A stretch of DNA of 64,000 nt from Stegostoma tigrinum (GCF_030684315.1 NC_081365.1:46795205-46859204); one strand, 5' to 3'. Positions 11,637 through 25,547 are shown, counted from the first letter of the stretch. The notes: generated by a model not told the origin, from the letters alone. Numbers and translations are program-made.

Positions 11637-13745
11637 TATGGAGGTGACACATAGAAAACGTACTTTTAATCAATGAATGATTAGGATCGGAGTGTACTGC
11701 TCACATGTGGAGGAGGCTAATTTGATCAGGGTTTTCAAACTGGAATGGAATAATTGTCGGAATACAAAAATTCCAAGGCTACAGGGAAAGTAGACTAGTT
11801 TGATGTCATTTGCACATGTTTTGCACAGACATGAAATGCTCATGGAATAGCTACTGTGCGAAAAATAAGTCAATGGTATACACTGACTGTACAGCTTGTC
11901 GTACAGAGTTTCCATTCAGTTCTGCAATGCACTACTGTTGTGTTGATATTAACTTAAAATTTCTACCAATGTGCGTTTAGTTTCATTCCTAATGCAACAT
12001 GAAAAAAAACCAAGACATTTTGCAACCATTGCATGAAAAGATCAAGCACAACTCGGGAAAGATTTGGCAATATTAAACTTAAAAAAACTCACAAAAAGTC
12101 ATATTAACCAAAAGGCAAAAATGTACTCTGAAAATTATCTGTTGTCCAAAAAAAAAATCAAGTGCCAGAGAGGATGCGTCATATGGACATTATTGTACAT
12201 GGCCAATTTGTCAGAACCCTGCTATTTTGAAATAGCTTATATTTTTAAACCAGAGTAAAAACAGTAATTGATGGAAGAGAGAAAAAAAACTGAAGTGTTT
12301 TGCAGATATAGTTTTGCTTTACATCCAACATTAACAAAATGCATTCAGCTGTTGACCTTTGTTGCTTTTTGGCAGTGATTAGACTCACAAATGGCAAAAC
12401 CAAATCAACATTAACATTTTGCAAAAAAAAACAAATCCACAGAAGCAACTTTCAGTCTGCAATTTTTAAAATAGGTTTGAAACCTATCTTTCAAAATGCC
12501 AAAAAGGAGGCAGTGGAAGACAGGCATATATAGAGAGCTGTCAACTTCCTTTAAAATTTAGGTTAGAAATATAAAATGAATAAATACATAATAAATAAAT
12601 ACGTTGGTACCAAGCATGAGTGCTAAACTCAGTGACAGAACAGGAATAGAAACTGCTTACAGGGAGAAGGGACAAAGTTACATAGTGTGGCATAGCAATG
12701 GACAGAACAGTTACCAAAAAGAATGCCTGGTTCCTCCTGCTAATGGCCTTAAATACAGTGTGACAACCATTACAGTTAATTATAATTAATAATGACCATC
12801 ACATACACAAACCCAAGAAGAAAGTAGACGAAAACACTTCAAATGCTTCTACAGCAGTTGCGTACTTTAAAGTTGTGAACATTGTTTCACATGTAAATTT
12901 CACAAAGTAAAATAATTACTCCTCAATGGTGTTCTTTACTCTTCCACTTCAACTAGAATTTAATTCTATGCTGATATGAACCTCACTGCTCATAACTGAC
13001 TGATGAGAGAGCAAACAGCTTGCCTTAGCATAAGCGAACTATGTCAGCAAAAATACACATTCACAAATTAAATTTGATGAAAGTATGTTTGAATACACTT
13101 AATGATTGAATCCAACTTATTTAAAATGTTATGCATAATACAAAATTTCTAAATATGTCACAAGTCTCTGTAAATTAGGGAGGATAAGAACTTGAAAGCT
13201 ATCAAAATCCACGCAACAGAATCTTTAAAAATTTTAAAAGTTTTTTTTGCTTTAAGGTACTTTCATGTCTTTTGGATAGCACAGCCATCTAATTCATATA
13301 TCACTTCCCACGGACATTCTCCACTTACAGCATACCAATACATCTCAGCATGCATCCTTGGTGATATAGCTTCCTAATAAGTTAACCATCATCACGCAAT
13401 GACAATTACAAGACTATTTTCTCCCCAACTGATGTCTTGAGAATTTTTAAAAATAAAGCACGACATATATTCTTGAGAAAAATTAGTGTAATTTGTTATT
13501 TTCTATTATGGCATGTCCATTGGAAAAATTAAGATCGCATGGGTGGACAGCAAATTTTCTTATCAATGACATGCATGATATTGATAGCTTTGATGTTTCA
13601 TTGACAATTTGGGTCAGTAAACAAAAACAAAAGCTAAAATCTTGTATCAACTGAAACATTTAAACAAATTCTATGAAGTGACTGAGCTCATGTCTTCGCT
13701 TGTTGAAGTAACTGAATAATTTTGCACCTTGGTCAATATTTTAGT

Positions 13746-14086
13746 CATAGAATCCCTACGGTGTGGAAACAGGCCATTTAGCCCAACAAGTCCACACCAC
13801 CATCCAAAGAGCATCCCACCCAGTCCAATCACCCTACCCTTTCCCTGTAACCCTACATTTCCCATGGCTAGCCACCCAACTTACCCATCCCAGCCACTAA
13901 GGATAATTTAGCATGGTCAATCCACCTAACCTGTACATTTTTGGGCTGTGGGAGGAAACCAGAGCACCTGGAGGAAATCTACGCAGACACAGGGAGAATG
14001 TGCAAACTCCAAACACACAGTGGCCAGAGGGTGGAATTGAACCCAGGTCCCTAGAGCTGTGAGGCAGCAGTGCTGACCACTGAGGC
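13746..14086 (-). mobile_element. HE1/V-SINE-like SINE
   Basis: catagaatccctacggtgtggaaacaggcc ... ggaattgaacccaggtccct ... gcagcagtgctgaccactgag. Confidence 0.9.
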
Positions 14087-17015
14087 AAACTGCAAGTTGA
14101 GGGGAACAAAAACAACTTCCAGAATAGCTGAATTCTATAATTATACACATTGAATGATTAATCTTGCTCATGAGATTTTGAAAATACTTCCATGCTGTCC
14201 ATAGGCTTGGACATGTGAAAATATACATGATAAAACTTAATAGTTGAGCCACACTTACATTTGTCATTAAACTTAAGGCAATTTATTGCAGCAGTGCTTT
14301 TAACAGTGTCATTTGTTATACTTGCCCTTGCACATGCAGAAATTTAATCTTGTGCAAAGTTGCTGAAATTGAGGGGTGACAAAGTCATGGCAAAGAAAAC
14401 CTCCAGTAAGTGCATTTAGGTCCTAATGGAACATGACAAGCTACTGCGTATCAACAACAAAGTTGAAGGATTTCAACATAATCGGTGCATACACCGAGGA
14501 AGTGTATAGATTGGACTCGGCGTATCAGGTATTGAAAGAGGGGAAAAGAAAGGAAAGATTGATTGGATTGATAAAGATAAAAGCAAAATCAGCAATAATT
14601 TGAAGTTTTATGTTTTTGAACCATCCAACAATTACAAGGATTTACTTTGAATGAATAAGATTCCAAGACTTTCTAACAGTTAATTATCTCTATTTGTATA
14701 GTGATTAGCAATAACTAACTTCTCTTTAAAAAGAATTGTTTGACTGAAGTGGAAGAGATTTAAGTGGTTGGTGGTGAGTTTAGCTCCAATTTAGTGAACA
14801 AACAATTCAATTTGAAGCTTTTTAATGCATTGTAGTAGTGTGGCAGACAGGGAGATGCCTCCTTTTGTCATACAAATGGTTGAGGAGAGTGGCTTGTACA
14901 GCAGGGTTTGGACATTTCAAAACCAATCATTTGCCCTGTGCCTGAAGTTGCCGCACTATTTGTAATATAGACAATGGCAGGAGCACCATTATTTTGGCAG
15001 CAAATAAACACCTTTTTTTCCTAATCTGCTTTGGAGTCTTCAATATTGGGATAAGGTAAAGGCATGCCTCACTACTATAAGATTTTGCCTTTCGATTTTA
15101 AACTGTAGTTTCTAACTTTATTTAAATGGTACAGCTTTTCAAGCAGATCTCAAATGCCCTTTAGACTCCTGAAATTTGAACAGTTTGTGAATGAAGGAAA
15201 ATCAGTAATCTGACAAAGTAATATCCTCGAACTAGAATTTGTGCATACTTCTCCAAACTTTGGCTATGAGAGTTCATGCGAATCAGCTTCAAATGACAAT
15301 GCATGACAAACTGTCAACCTTCCAATGTATACATTTTACCATAATGTATATTTCACTTGAAAGTACCTGATTCAGAGACTACATTTGGTCAAGGTATTTT
15401 ATTAAACGAAGATCAAACTGGGAGCATTTTATGATGCTTTAATATATGTATTCGGTATTACAGGAAATACTTTTTGTTCCATTGCTGGCTGTGATTAATA
15501 TAAAAGTGAAATCTATTAACCAAGAATTTCATCATTGCACTTTGAAAGTAAAGAAGTTCATTAGTATTTATTAGTTCCAAAAGGTACTGAATTTGAGGAA
15601 ATGTGATTAAAACATGAAAATTAATTGGAATAATTATTCAACTTTAAATTTCAGCAATATCCACATTGTAACTAATCAAGTTGTGGAATATGAAACATCA
15701 CTACCAGTAGAATGCAAAAAAAACTAGTTAATTTGGCACTTTCAGAAATATTTCCATAGCTGTTTGCGTTTTTTTTAAAAAAAAGGACCAATCGTAAACA
15801 GTATTAGTAAAGACATGCTGAACCTTGAGGATGACAATTCCCTAATGATGAGAGAGAATTCATGGGCTATTTTCACAGATTAAAAGAAAAATCTTTTCTT
15901 GGGGCATAGCTCTACATTTCACAATTGTAGTTCAACTCTTACCAAAATTGCTCAATACAAATTTATATTAAACTACACTACTTTTGAAAACGGGTTCAAT
16001 CATGGTTTAACCTTGGGATTGTCCTTTCCAACGGATGAAGAACCTTCAACAGCTCAAAATACGTCTGTAGTACAAACAGTCAATATTATTATTTGTTTTA
16101 AATTGAAACCATTTGATAAAATCTTTAGTCCAACTGCCTTAATATAAACTCAAATAAAAAGTCGATCCTTAAGTCCCAACATTTTGCCATAATCCACTTA
16201 TGAAAAATCTCAACTATCAAGGCCAAATGATAAAATACTTCAGTTGGGCCTTGGGAACCAATACAGTTTAACAATATGGTTTAATGTACTACATCACCTA
16301 TCGTCAATCTCAGCCTGTCATCTAATTTGATAATTATTCTCCAGTGAACCGGCGCAGCGAAAATTTCAGGTTACCTAATGGAATCAACCCAAGTTAAAGC
16401 GATACACTTATAAAGTCTGCAATCGTCCAATAAACTTGCCACTGCAGCATAACGCTGTGCGTATTAATTTTGGGGAAAATATCACAGTTAGCATCCACAA
16501 ACTAAAAATACGTTAAAGTAACACTGGAAAACAGAATGTAACGATCGACAGCTGACTGAAGTCAAAATCGGTACTGCATTTCAGGCACGATTTAACTCAA
16601 AAGAAACTATCTACACAAATATTAACCGTATTTATCATCACCATCTTTCATCAGTTCAGGTCCATTGTACAAACTTATGGAAGGTGGTGCTATCAGATGA
16701 ATGATAGTGCAGATATAACTGCACGATCCATTTCTGAGCAAGATAGCGCGAATCTGCATGGAATCTGCGAAATTCGAGCTATTAGCGAAAATATTGGACC
16801 AGCTTTGCTTAATACATGTCATTTTTTATATTTTTTAAACCGGGCTCTTTGGTCCCTGACCCCAGAAATAAAAAAATGCACGCCACTTTGTAAACCGCGA
16901 TGACCCAGACTGGGACCGGGCTGTTTGGAGAGCTGTGAAAGTAATTTTAAAAAAGGTGTCAGTGAGAAGCTAACACTTTCTCCGACTGGCCCTTTTATGT
17001 CTCTCTGACTCTTAC

Positions 17016-17097
17016 CTTGGTTAGAAAGGTGAGTGGCGGTGCTGAGCAGCTGCTCAGAGAGAAGCAGCAAGATGCTGAATTTCACGCTCAAAATCAT
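17016..17097 (-). CDS. First coding exon of an unidentified secreted/membrane protein (MILSVKFSILLLLSEQLLSTATHLSNQ + phase-1 intron)
   Basis: ATG in gccgaaggATG context (A at -3); hydrophobic core FSILLLLS after a Lys; consensus donor CAAG|gtaaga at 17016/17015; TATA ~150 bp upstream; CpG-rich setting. Confidence 0.7.
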
Positions 17098-17249
17098 CCT
17101 TCGGCGCTAACAACCGCCTTAGCTCGGGTGCAATAGAAGCCGTTTCCTCCGGTTCAGACAGGGAGACAGCAGGTAGGCCTGCCCACTGTCAAAATAAAAA
17201 AAAAACAAAAACACTGCAATAATGGAATTGCAGCCGGGAGGGAGGGGGA

Positions 17250-17255
17250 TTTATA
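17250..17255 (-). promoter_or_regulatory. TATA box of the minus-strand gene
   Basis: Reverse strand ggccgTATAAAtccccc in GC-rich context; implies a TSS near 17220-17228. Confidence 0.55.
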
Positions 17256-18021
17256 CGGCCGGCCTCCTCCGGTCGTCCGCTCACGTCCAGACTGAGGGAG
17301 CCATGGGCTGTATGGTGTGGGAACTGGAGAATCAGTCAGCACACAGTCCTCTCTCTCTCTCTCTCATACACACACTGAGCCACTCACTAGCTGCCCATGT
17401 CTCTCTCTCTCTTCCAAGAGGGACGATGAAATCGCAGGGAAATATTTCTCCCCACTCAGAAACCGCCCCTCTATTAGAAAGAACAGCACTTTCTATCTTT
17501 ACACACATACGCTCTCTCTCTCTCTACCCTACAGCTGCAATCCAAAAATAAAACCAGCACGATTAGGAGCCACCCCTTTTAATCTCTCGCGGCTCAGGGG
17601 AAAAAAAATTAATAATATTTTGTTGACACGAATGGTTGCTGAGTAGAATCCTTTTGTTATGGGGGGGGGGGGAAAGAAGGAGGAGGAAAGAAGCTCTGGG
17701 TTGATCGAGGCCACCTTCAGCAGGTCAATCCACCGCCGCCTCGGATTGAAAGCTTCACAAACTGGGAACTTTCAGCACAGCCTAAGCCAGGCTTTAACCA
17801 CGGCGTGTAACTTGCTGGAAGGTTTTCTTCAACAACATAGTATCATACTGCAAGATTAGAACTGTCAGTCGCCACCATAGCCAGTGACTTTTTATATTAA
17901 AAAAAAACAAGTTGCAGAATGTATATTCACGGTTCACTCAGTGAATTATCAAAGTAGCTGGGAGCTGGTGTCCCGAGCGGAAGCTGCTGCGAGCTCCTGC
18001 CAGGTCAAAAGAGCCGCTACC

Positions 18022-18039
18022 GAGCACTAGGGGGTGTCA
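18022..18039 (+). promoter_or_regulatory. Putative CTCF motif
   Basis: gagcactagggggtgtca resembles the CCASYAGRKGGCRS core. Confidence 0.35.
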
Positions 18040-19096
18040 ATAACACACATACTTCGACTCAAGACTGCTCCCGACGCCCAGCTTTAAATGACGGGAATGT
18101 TATTCTCGACTCTTTTTTGGAGCAGCTTTTCTCTCTCTCTCCCCCCCATATAAATGTAAAGTATTATAGTAAGGGCATTTTGTACTCTTAAGCTGATGAG
18201 CTTCGATAATTGTGAATGTCTTTATCCACTGAAATAACTGCAGGTCCTGGAAAACCCAAATCGGTGTAAGCAAATAAACAGAAAGCAGGTAAAGTTATTC
18301 AGAGGCCACCGTAGCACTCTGTTGAAGATCAGCTGGCGACGGCTGCTGTAGAAACACGGGAACTCGATACCAGTTTTCCAAGCATCAAGTAAAAATGCGC
18401 GTCTGTACGGGTCGAACTGAATCCGGGGTCATTTAAACCACAATTGAAAATCGCTTGTAGTTCTCTCCACTGTCAATTATTTCTCTCAAACAATGGCATG
18501 CGATAAACCGGGAGTTTGCTAATTAAAGAGCAATGTGATTGCCAGTTGGAGTAAATGCACAACACCAGGCCACCGGAGAGCCACAATTACTCCATCTCAA
18601 TGATCATCTTACTCTTTAATTACAAACAAATGAGAATTGCGGAAGGGAATGGAATCTCCGAGTTTCATTGTGGTTTTAAACAGCCCGAACTAGCTAATAG
18701 TAAAAGAAAACGGATTGGAAAAAATGTACATATCTCGCCATTATTCCTGTCCGTTACTTAATTCATGGTGACCTACAGCCCCATCATCCGTGGTTAGAGT
18801 TCACCTGCAGGAATGTTATCAGCACAATAGCACGCTCTATAGTTTTTTTTAAACTTTAAGTTCAACGTGTTTTAAATGGCGTGCATACTTTATAACACAC
18901 ACTCAGGCGTTTTCAACCGAATTTTCTTTTAATATACATTGTTAATTACAATGACAGAATCCCATATTGTGCTACAGGCAGTTGTGACATGGGACAAGAT
19001 ATGAACTGCACGTCATTACTGCATTATTTTAACTTTTAAAAACTTTTTTCTTGGTGTTTTTTTATTTGGACAATTACAATTCGTGACCTTTATGGG

Positions 19097-19213
19097 TATT
19101 TTCTAATTAACCTGTTCCGATGTTTTATAGCCAATCTCTGGAGTAGGTGGTACATGAACACGTGCTACCTAGCTCAGAGGTAGGGACATGACGACAGTTC
19201 TACAAGAGCACCC
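19097..19213 (-). mobile_element. Short (~120 bp) tRNA-like SINE (family C)
   Basis: Reverse homolog of 20537-20652 and 20687-20810 (ccctacctctgagctagg..., ctactccagag..., gaacaggttaattagaaaata). Confidence 0.55.
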
Positions 19214-20287
19214 CCCCACCCCAAACCATTTGGACTTGTATACTTAAATTATGATATGAAGTACTCAGGATAAGTGTCCGTACAGACTAACTGAGGAGTG
19301 AATACAGTGCTATCCTGTCGAGTATTCCCAATGATATTTACAGTCCGTGAAAATCGCAGTGTAAGCCGCTCGTTTTATGAGAATGGGAGGTACGGGGGAA
19401 AAACAAGGCTAAAGTTGCTGTAACTTTCCGATTGAAGATTTGCCAGAAATCAGTGTGCAGTATATTTACATTCAAACTGCCGAGCTTTTTGAAAGCGTTA
19501 TGCAGTTAAGGTGCAAGGAGCGTGTTACAGAGTAAGTCTCAGTGATGCTTTAGAGGCAGTTGCGGTGAGGGAACCAAAGCTTCCTAAGATCTAACACAGC
19601 ACCAAAGGGCGATCGCCAAATTATTCCACTTCCTGACCAAATTTAACAAACAATATCCCATAACTGAGTGAATTCGAAACAAGATCCTTTCGACAGAAAA
19701 CAGTCCTTCGGTTGAACAAAGTCAGGCTTCTATTGGAATTCCGGTTGAGTTTTGTGGGCGATGTTCCGAAAGCGATTGCTCCCCTGCCAATAGCATTGTA
19801 CAAGTTCATCCATAACACCGAGTGTATCCTCTCAAAACAAGCAAAGCTTTTGTTACATATATTCCTTTTAAGCGCACTTTCTGATCATGCTGTACTTGGC
19901 TTTTTTCAGGCTTGATAACGCATCCAAATGAGTATAATCAGAACGAGGAAGCTTTATTTTTGATGCTTAGTATTTGGCTAAATTGTATATTGCAAATACA
20001 TTAAACCTTTGTTCGAAGGTCAATATTTGGTCTTGAGGTAATCACATTTCTGCATTAATTTTTTAATATTTACCAATATGCTGATATTGCATTTTGAAGA
20101 TATAAACTGAAATTCGCAGAACCATAAAGTCGGGAAAATATTGTCTCAAAATACACCAGATCAATTAGCGGTGAGGTGTAAAAGGTTAGGCAATGCGTTT
20201 AAGATCCTCCATCAAACCATTTTTCTTATGGTTGAGCGAATGGTTACCTGCTGTTTGGGTCTACGGCTGGTGAAATTTATGATAAAC

Positions 20288-20304
20288 TCCCACTAGGGGG
20301 CTTC
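20288..20304 (+). promoter_or_regulatory. Putative CTCF motif
   Basis: CCACTAGGGGGC at 20290-20301 matches the CTCF core. Confidence 0.4.
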
Positions 20305-20536
20305 TTGGAACGAGATTCAATAACCAGAGGAAAGGTGGCTTCTGTCACTGAACAACCTAACTTCTTGCTTTCCTCCCTGTTCCGGCACATCAACTACTCG
20401 AGAAAATTACAGTAGGGCATGAATTGAATGCCACGTTAGTTGAACTTTATAAAATAAAGGGCATATTTTGTTTGTGACATTCATGATGTTGACAACAATA
20501 TTAATGAAATAACTAAGCAGATTGTTTCGAATACTG

Positions 20537-20980
20537 GGCGGGCTCTTTTGGTGCAGTGCTAGATTATCTACCTCTGAGCTAGAAGACCTGGGTTTAAGTT
20601 TCACCTAACCCAGTATTGTCTACTAATATTGCTGAGCAAATTGATTTCAAAACTGTGAAAAGAACAGTAACAGCTACCCTAATAAAGGGGCTGTTGGGTA
20701 TTTTATTAATAGTAGTAGTGCCCCTACTTCTGAGCCAGGAGGCCTGGGTTCGAGTCCCAGTTACTCCAGAAGAGTGTAACAAAATCATTGGACAGTTTGA
20801 TTAGGAAATACCTAAGCAGATGATCAAACAAAAAGTTAGGGATGTGGCTGAAATGGTTAAAGTTAGCTAGCTAAGCTCAGTTGAACATAAAACATACTGA
20901 CAAATTCCTGATTTGAAATCTGGCCTGCTCCAGAGGTACACCATTACATCTCTGAACAGTTTGATTTGGAAAATATCAAC
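20537..20980 (+). mobile_element. Three tandemly placed short tRNA-like SINEs (family C)
   Basis: Units at ~20537-20652, ~20687-20810 and partial ~20905-20980 share ctacytctgagc..ga.g.cctgggtt..agt (B-box-like) and/or the ending (g)acag/aa-tttgatt..gaaa. Confidence 0.6.
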
Positions 20981-22579
20981 TGAAAAACTTCTGGATTTGT
21001 AATAAAGCAAGGACAATTGTATCAACCATAAATGTAAAAATTAGGAAGCCAATGTTAATTTTAAACAAATCATAATTGATTAATTTGAAGGAAAACCCAA
21101 CTGGAAAATGTCAGTTTACCAATTAATCTAAATTCATGAAAAAATACATAATTCTTGTTTCTTTTTCAGTCTGAACTCTATTCCAACATTTTTTAATGAG
21201 TCTGCAGTTAATGGTTAGCACAAATGCTTCATGTAAATAATAATGGAAAGTTAACTATTGTAATTTTCATTTCCGTTTTCACATTTCACTCTACATGGTC
21301 TACAATTTTGATGAATGTAGTTGAAGGCAAAATGGGTCAATCTTGTAACTATTTGGGAGTTTATTTTGCTAGGAGATATTGACCTTTGCTGATTTGGCTG
21401 CCTGCCATAAATACTTGATTATTTTCTGTTCTAGTGGCATCCAGTCTACCAACCCCTCATATTTCCTTTCTGCTGTCATGGTGCATGTTTATCATTTAGT
21501 ATAGATGAACTACCATTTCTTCCAGCAATCTGCTCCTTAAATATAAGATTTCCATTGCTCTGTTTAAGCACCTGCTTGTTTTCACTCTTGTCTTCCTATG
21601 GGATATTCAGCACTATAATTTTCCTTATCTCTGTTCTTTCATGGACCACCTTTCCCCATTCTTGATGTCCCTGCCTTTAGCTGTTTGATTTTCATGCCTA
21701 CAAATAGTTCGTGATCTGGCTGTCCTGCTCCTCCAAGGTCCTTTTCAACCTAATATTTTGCTCAAACTTTTGCTCATTCCTAATATCATCATTAAATTGG
21801 TGCTTGCAGTTTTCCTTGTGCTACTGTGAGATGTTTTGTTTTCGAAGGTTAAATACACTATATAAATTCAAGTTGGTGTTATTAATGGTCTTAATAAGCC
21901 TTTAATTGGCAGGTGGGTTTGCTAAACATTTTCCTATGTATTTCACAGTGATATCTGACATTACAACACCTAGTCACTCTATTGCTAATGCATTATGATT
22001 ACAGTATTTATAATGTAATGTGTTGGGCTGCTTTCAGCAGTGAGCCAAGAATTATAGCAGAAGGTGTTTTCAGATTCAGTATCATTGTTAATTATTTTGT
22101 TGATGGACTGACTATATTCCTTTGTATCTTGTCCAACATAGGGGTGGCATAGATGCTCACTGCACAAGTTAACATTGTACGAATGGAAAAATGTGCCTCT
22201 CACTGCTTCAGGATAGTACGGTATTGGGCAACTGAAGAAAAGCCAGACATTTTAGAGATCAACAACAATGCAGTGATCAATCTTTATAACTGAAGTGTCA
22301 ATTTGGAGAAACTGAAATTTAGTTTGAAAGGGCTGAGAAATATGATGGTTACATTATTGTTGATGTGGAAAAAAGCCATTAGATACTCTTTGTTCGCCAG
22401 GAGTTGAAACTGTGCCTTGACCAGTCAGTGAAAGGTGAAATTTGCACCCTTGCTATGAAGTATTAGCCTCTGGAACTTTATTGTGTGGGTTGTGGGGAGG
22501 TGTGCAAGTGGGCGGAGAAGAAGAGAGTTATAGTAACAAAACAATGTCAGGAATTGTTTTATTCCACAAAACCGTTATA

Positions 22580-22800
22580 CATTGGAACAGAAGTAGGCCA
22601 TTCAGCCTCTCAAGTCTGCTCTGCCCTTCTGGCCAATCTGATACTCCTCAGTTCCTCTTTCTTGCTTTATCTCCATCATACTTGATTTCCCTACTGATTA
22701 AAAAAATCTGCCTGGCTCGATCTTGAAAATACTTAACAACCGAGTCTCTACAATTCTATCTGATAATGAATTCCACAGATTCACAAACTCTTGAATGAAT
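22580..22800 (-). mobile_element. CR1-like LINE 3' end
   Basis: gaacagaagtaggccattcagcc ... gaattccacagattcac; reverse peptide FVNLWNSL. Confidence 0.75.
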
Positions 22801-23799
22801 CTGGATGAGCTCAGAACTGTGTACAAGATGTCAATCACTGCATAAGTGAAAACAGTCTTAGAAGTCACAAAAAGTGGTAATAACAATATTTAATTCTTTT
22901 CAGTGATTATAATTTAGTACTTGGGAGTTTCCACGTTCTCTTTCTTCCTTCTTGCATGAATGTGGGGAGAGGGTGAATCTAACCTTAAGAACTCATTAGG
23001 GTTCAACCGCATCCCTCCTGACACATGTCTCATGTTACGTCATTTAAATTCTGAAAACTGTTTCACCACTATTAGCATAGCAATGAATAAATCTCTCCTC
23101 TGGTACTACCCACTGAAATCAACTAATTGTTATCAACCTGCTGAGCTAGCTGAACGTTATAAAATATATCATTACAATATAATTGCCATGTAATTGTATT
23201 ACCCTCTCTCAATTCGTAAAGGGCAGAAACTCACTGTTATTGACTAGATAAGCTTATGTTAGCGAACATTTACTACAGTTAAATATCGAATAATGAAACG
23301 GATGCTTGGGAGGGAGTTATACAACAGTAATTCAGTTGAACAGTTCTCAAGGTGTGATAGACCATAGAATTACTCATATAGTTTATCAATGACCAAAGCC
23401 CAATGATTACATTTCAGCTCCTTTCAAAGCACCTTATATCATCAGTATTGTATAAGATCAACTCATATTGTCATTAAAAATTCACATTTGGTATCGCGAT
23501 GGGACTGAATTTATTATCCACTCATATGAAATAGAAAATATAGCTTAACTGATAACCACTTTAGAGTTTTAATTATTTAGTGGTACCTCATGAGATTTCT
23601 TTATTTTCACAGAAGACTGAAGACAAATTTATATTTGCCTCTGCCTTTCTTGAACCCACTTTGGCTTTCTGATGGGATATGTTCTGCTCCGTAGCTGATC
23701 AATCTGCAGAGTAGAACTTTTGCTGGAATCTTAACCGCAATCACAAGTGGTGAGGTCTTCATCTTTGTCACAAACATACATTTGCCCTTTATAATGTAA

Positions 23800-24311
23800 T
23801 CATAACATCCTTGACTCTCGAGGAATGCTCTCTTAGACTATTCAGAAGGACAGACAGGAAGGTACGGGAGGTGGTGTAGCTCTGATATTCAAGGACAACA
23901 TCAGGGCAGTGCTGAGAGATGATGTAGGTTCTATGGAGAATGAGGTTGAATCCACTTGGGTGGAAATTAGAAATTCTAAGAGGAAAAAGTCACTGATAGA
24001 CATAGTCTATAGGCCACCAAATAATAACATCAATTGGGGCGGGCAATAAACAAAGAAATAACCAATGCCGGTAAAAATGGTACAGCAATTATCACGGGGG
24101 ATTTCAATCTACATGTAGATTGATCAGTCAGCGTAGCCTTGAGGAAGAGTTTGTTGAGTGTACCTGTGATAGTTTTCTTGAACAGTATGTAATGGAACCG
24201 ATGAGGGAGCAAGCTATCCTAGATCTGGTCCTGTGTAATGAGACAGGAATCATTAACGACCTCATAATCAAGGATCTTTCTGGAAGGGGTGATCACAGTA
24301 TGGTTGAATAG
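23800..24311 (+). mobile_element. CR1-like LINE ORF2 APE endonuclease fragment
   Basis: Translates to GTGGGVALIFKD...VESTWVEIRN...IVYRPPN...IITGDFN...FLEQYVMEPMREQAILDLVLCNE...GDHSMVE, with frameshifts and a stop. Confidence 0.9.
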
Positions 24312-24619
24312 GTTTTATGGCACTCCAGTGTATGTTAGTATTTTCAGTATTTTTTCAAAAATGTACTTCATGATAGCATTTTACAATATCCTTTGCAAAT
24401 TAAATTGTAATGCTGGAAGGAAACTTCAACTTGCTCCCATGGACATGTTCCATTTCACGCAAATATAAGTGAATTCATATTTACAGATTATGTTCCACGC
24501 CAGTATTTGGTCTAAGAGTAAAAATGTTTCCGCTTGAAATTAAAGTACAATCAATATGGAATTCTCCATACACCATATTGCACCGTGAGGTAGCTCAGTA
24601 CATTTTCTATGTGCATGCT

Positions 24620-24905
24620 TTCTCACACACAGACACACACACAGAGTCCCGCAGTCCATTGTCTACTTGAGGCCTTTCAGTCACAATGACCTTTCCCCAT
24701 TGGCCCACAGTGACGGCTGCCACAAGCTTTAATGCTTCCTTCAGTACATAGCACTGAACTTTAAATGTACTAGTCAGCAGCACTCTGTGAAGGACTGCTG
24801 TTTGCATGGAAAGACCTGCGTCTTTTAGGCAAACCAAAGAGCATTCTTCACCGAGTTGACAGTTCTCCAGGTGCCGTTGACGTCAGTCTCAGTGAGATAT
24901 TCTAT
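24620..24905 (-). mobile_element. Tx1/L1-clade LINE ORF2 C-terminus and 3' end
   Basis: Reverse translation TETDVNGTWRTVNSVKNALW and KVQCYVLKEALKLVAAVTVGQWGK, followed by a TG-rich tail. Confidence 0.65.
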
Positions 24906-25547
24906 CTCAGAGCAAAATTGGAATGTTGTTGCCAGTGATCAGTATGTCATGCCATTTCTCTTGTAACCCTGGTGATCATAACCTCTTTTATTGTTAGTCT
25001 GCTGAGTAATGACCAAGTTAGTTGGATGCCATTATTGAGATTTTGGGTGTGCCTGAATGTTTTCACAAATTGCTTTCAGTTTAAAGAGGATTGTGATGAT
25101 TGATGTATCTTGGGAGTGCAGAGACTAAATGCAATTGTATTTCCCTGTACTTTGTTTTCCCAGGACATTGTTCAGCCCTGATAGCTAACTCCTAACTTGT
25201 ACTGAAGTTCGTCATCACCAATAAGCTCATCCTCCTTTGGAGTATTTGCAATAGTTCTGGCTGAGTCCTTGTAGAATTTATCTTCAAAGTTCTCAGAATT
25301 AATGTCAGCGTGCATGCGCTGATTGTCATACTTGTTTTTGAGAGAACTTTAAAGTCACAATGTACTAATTTGTGTTCCCAGTAAGTGTCTTTAATGTCTT
25401 GTGACGTCAAAGTTGATAGGAAAGCTGACACTTGCCTCTCACCCATCTCTCAGTCTTGACTTGCCTAACCAGAACAATGTTCCCTGCTGATAAAATGTGA
25501 GGCTGGATGAACACAGCAGGCCAAGCAGCATCTCAGGAGCACAAAAG

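Larger units (their letters stand above)
16330..20400. promoter_or_regulatory. CpG-enriched, largely repeat-free promoter region
   Basis: CpG dinucleotides are visibly far more frequent than in flanking non-repeat DNA; the region surrounds the first exon at 17.0-17.2 kb (ratio not computed). Confidence 0.65.

Noticed and set aside
16819-17015. Rest of the tracked 92-aa ORF as coding
   Set aside because: It lies past a consensus splice donor and is most likely intron read-through
17042-17057. 16-bp perfect palindrome ctgagcagctgctcag
   Set aside because: Single short occurrence inside coding sequence; no evidence of function
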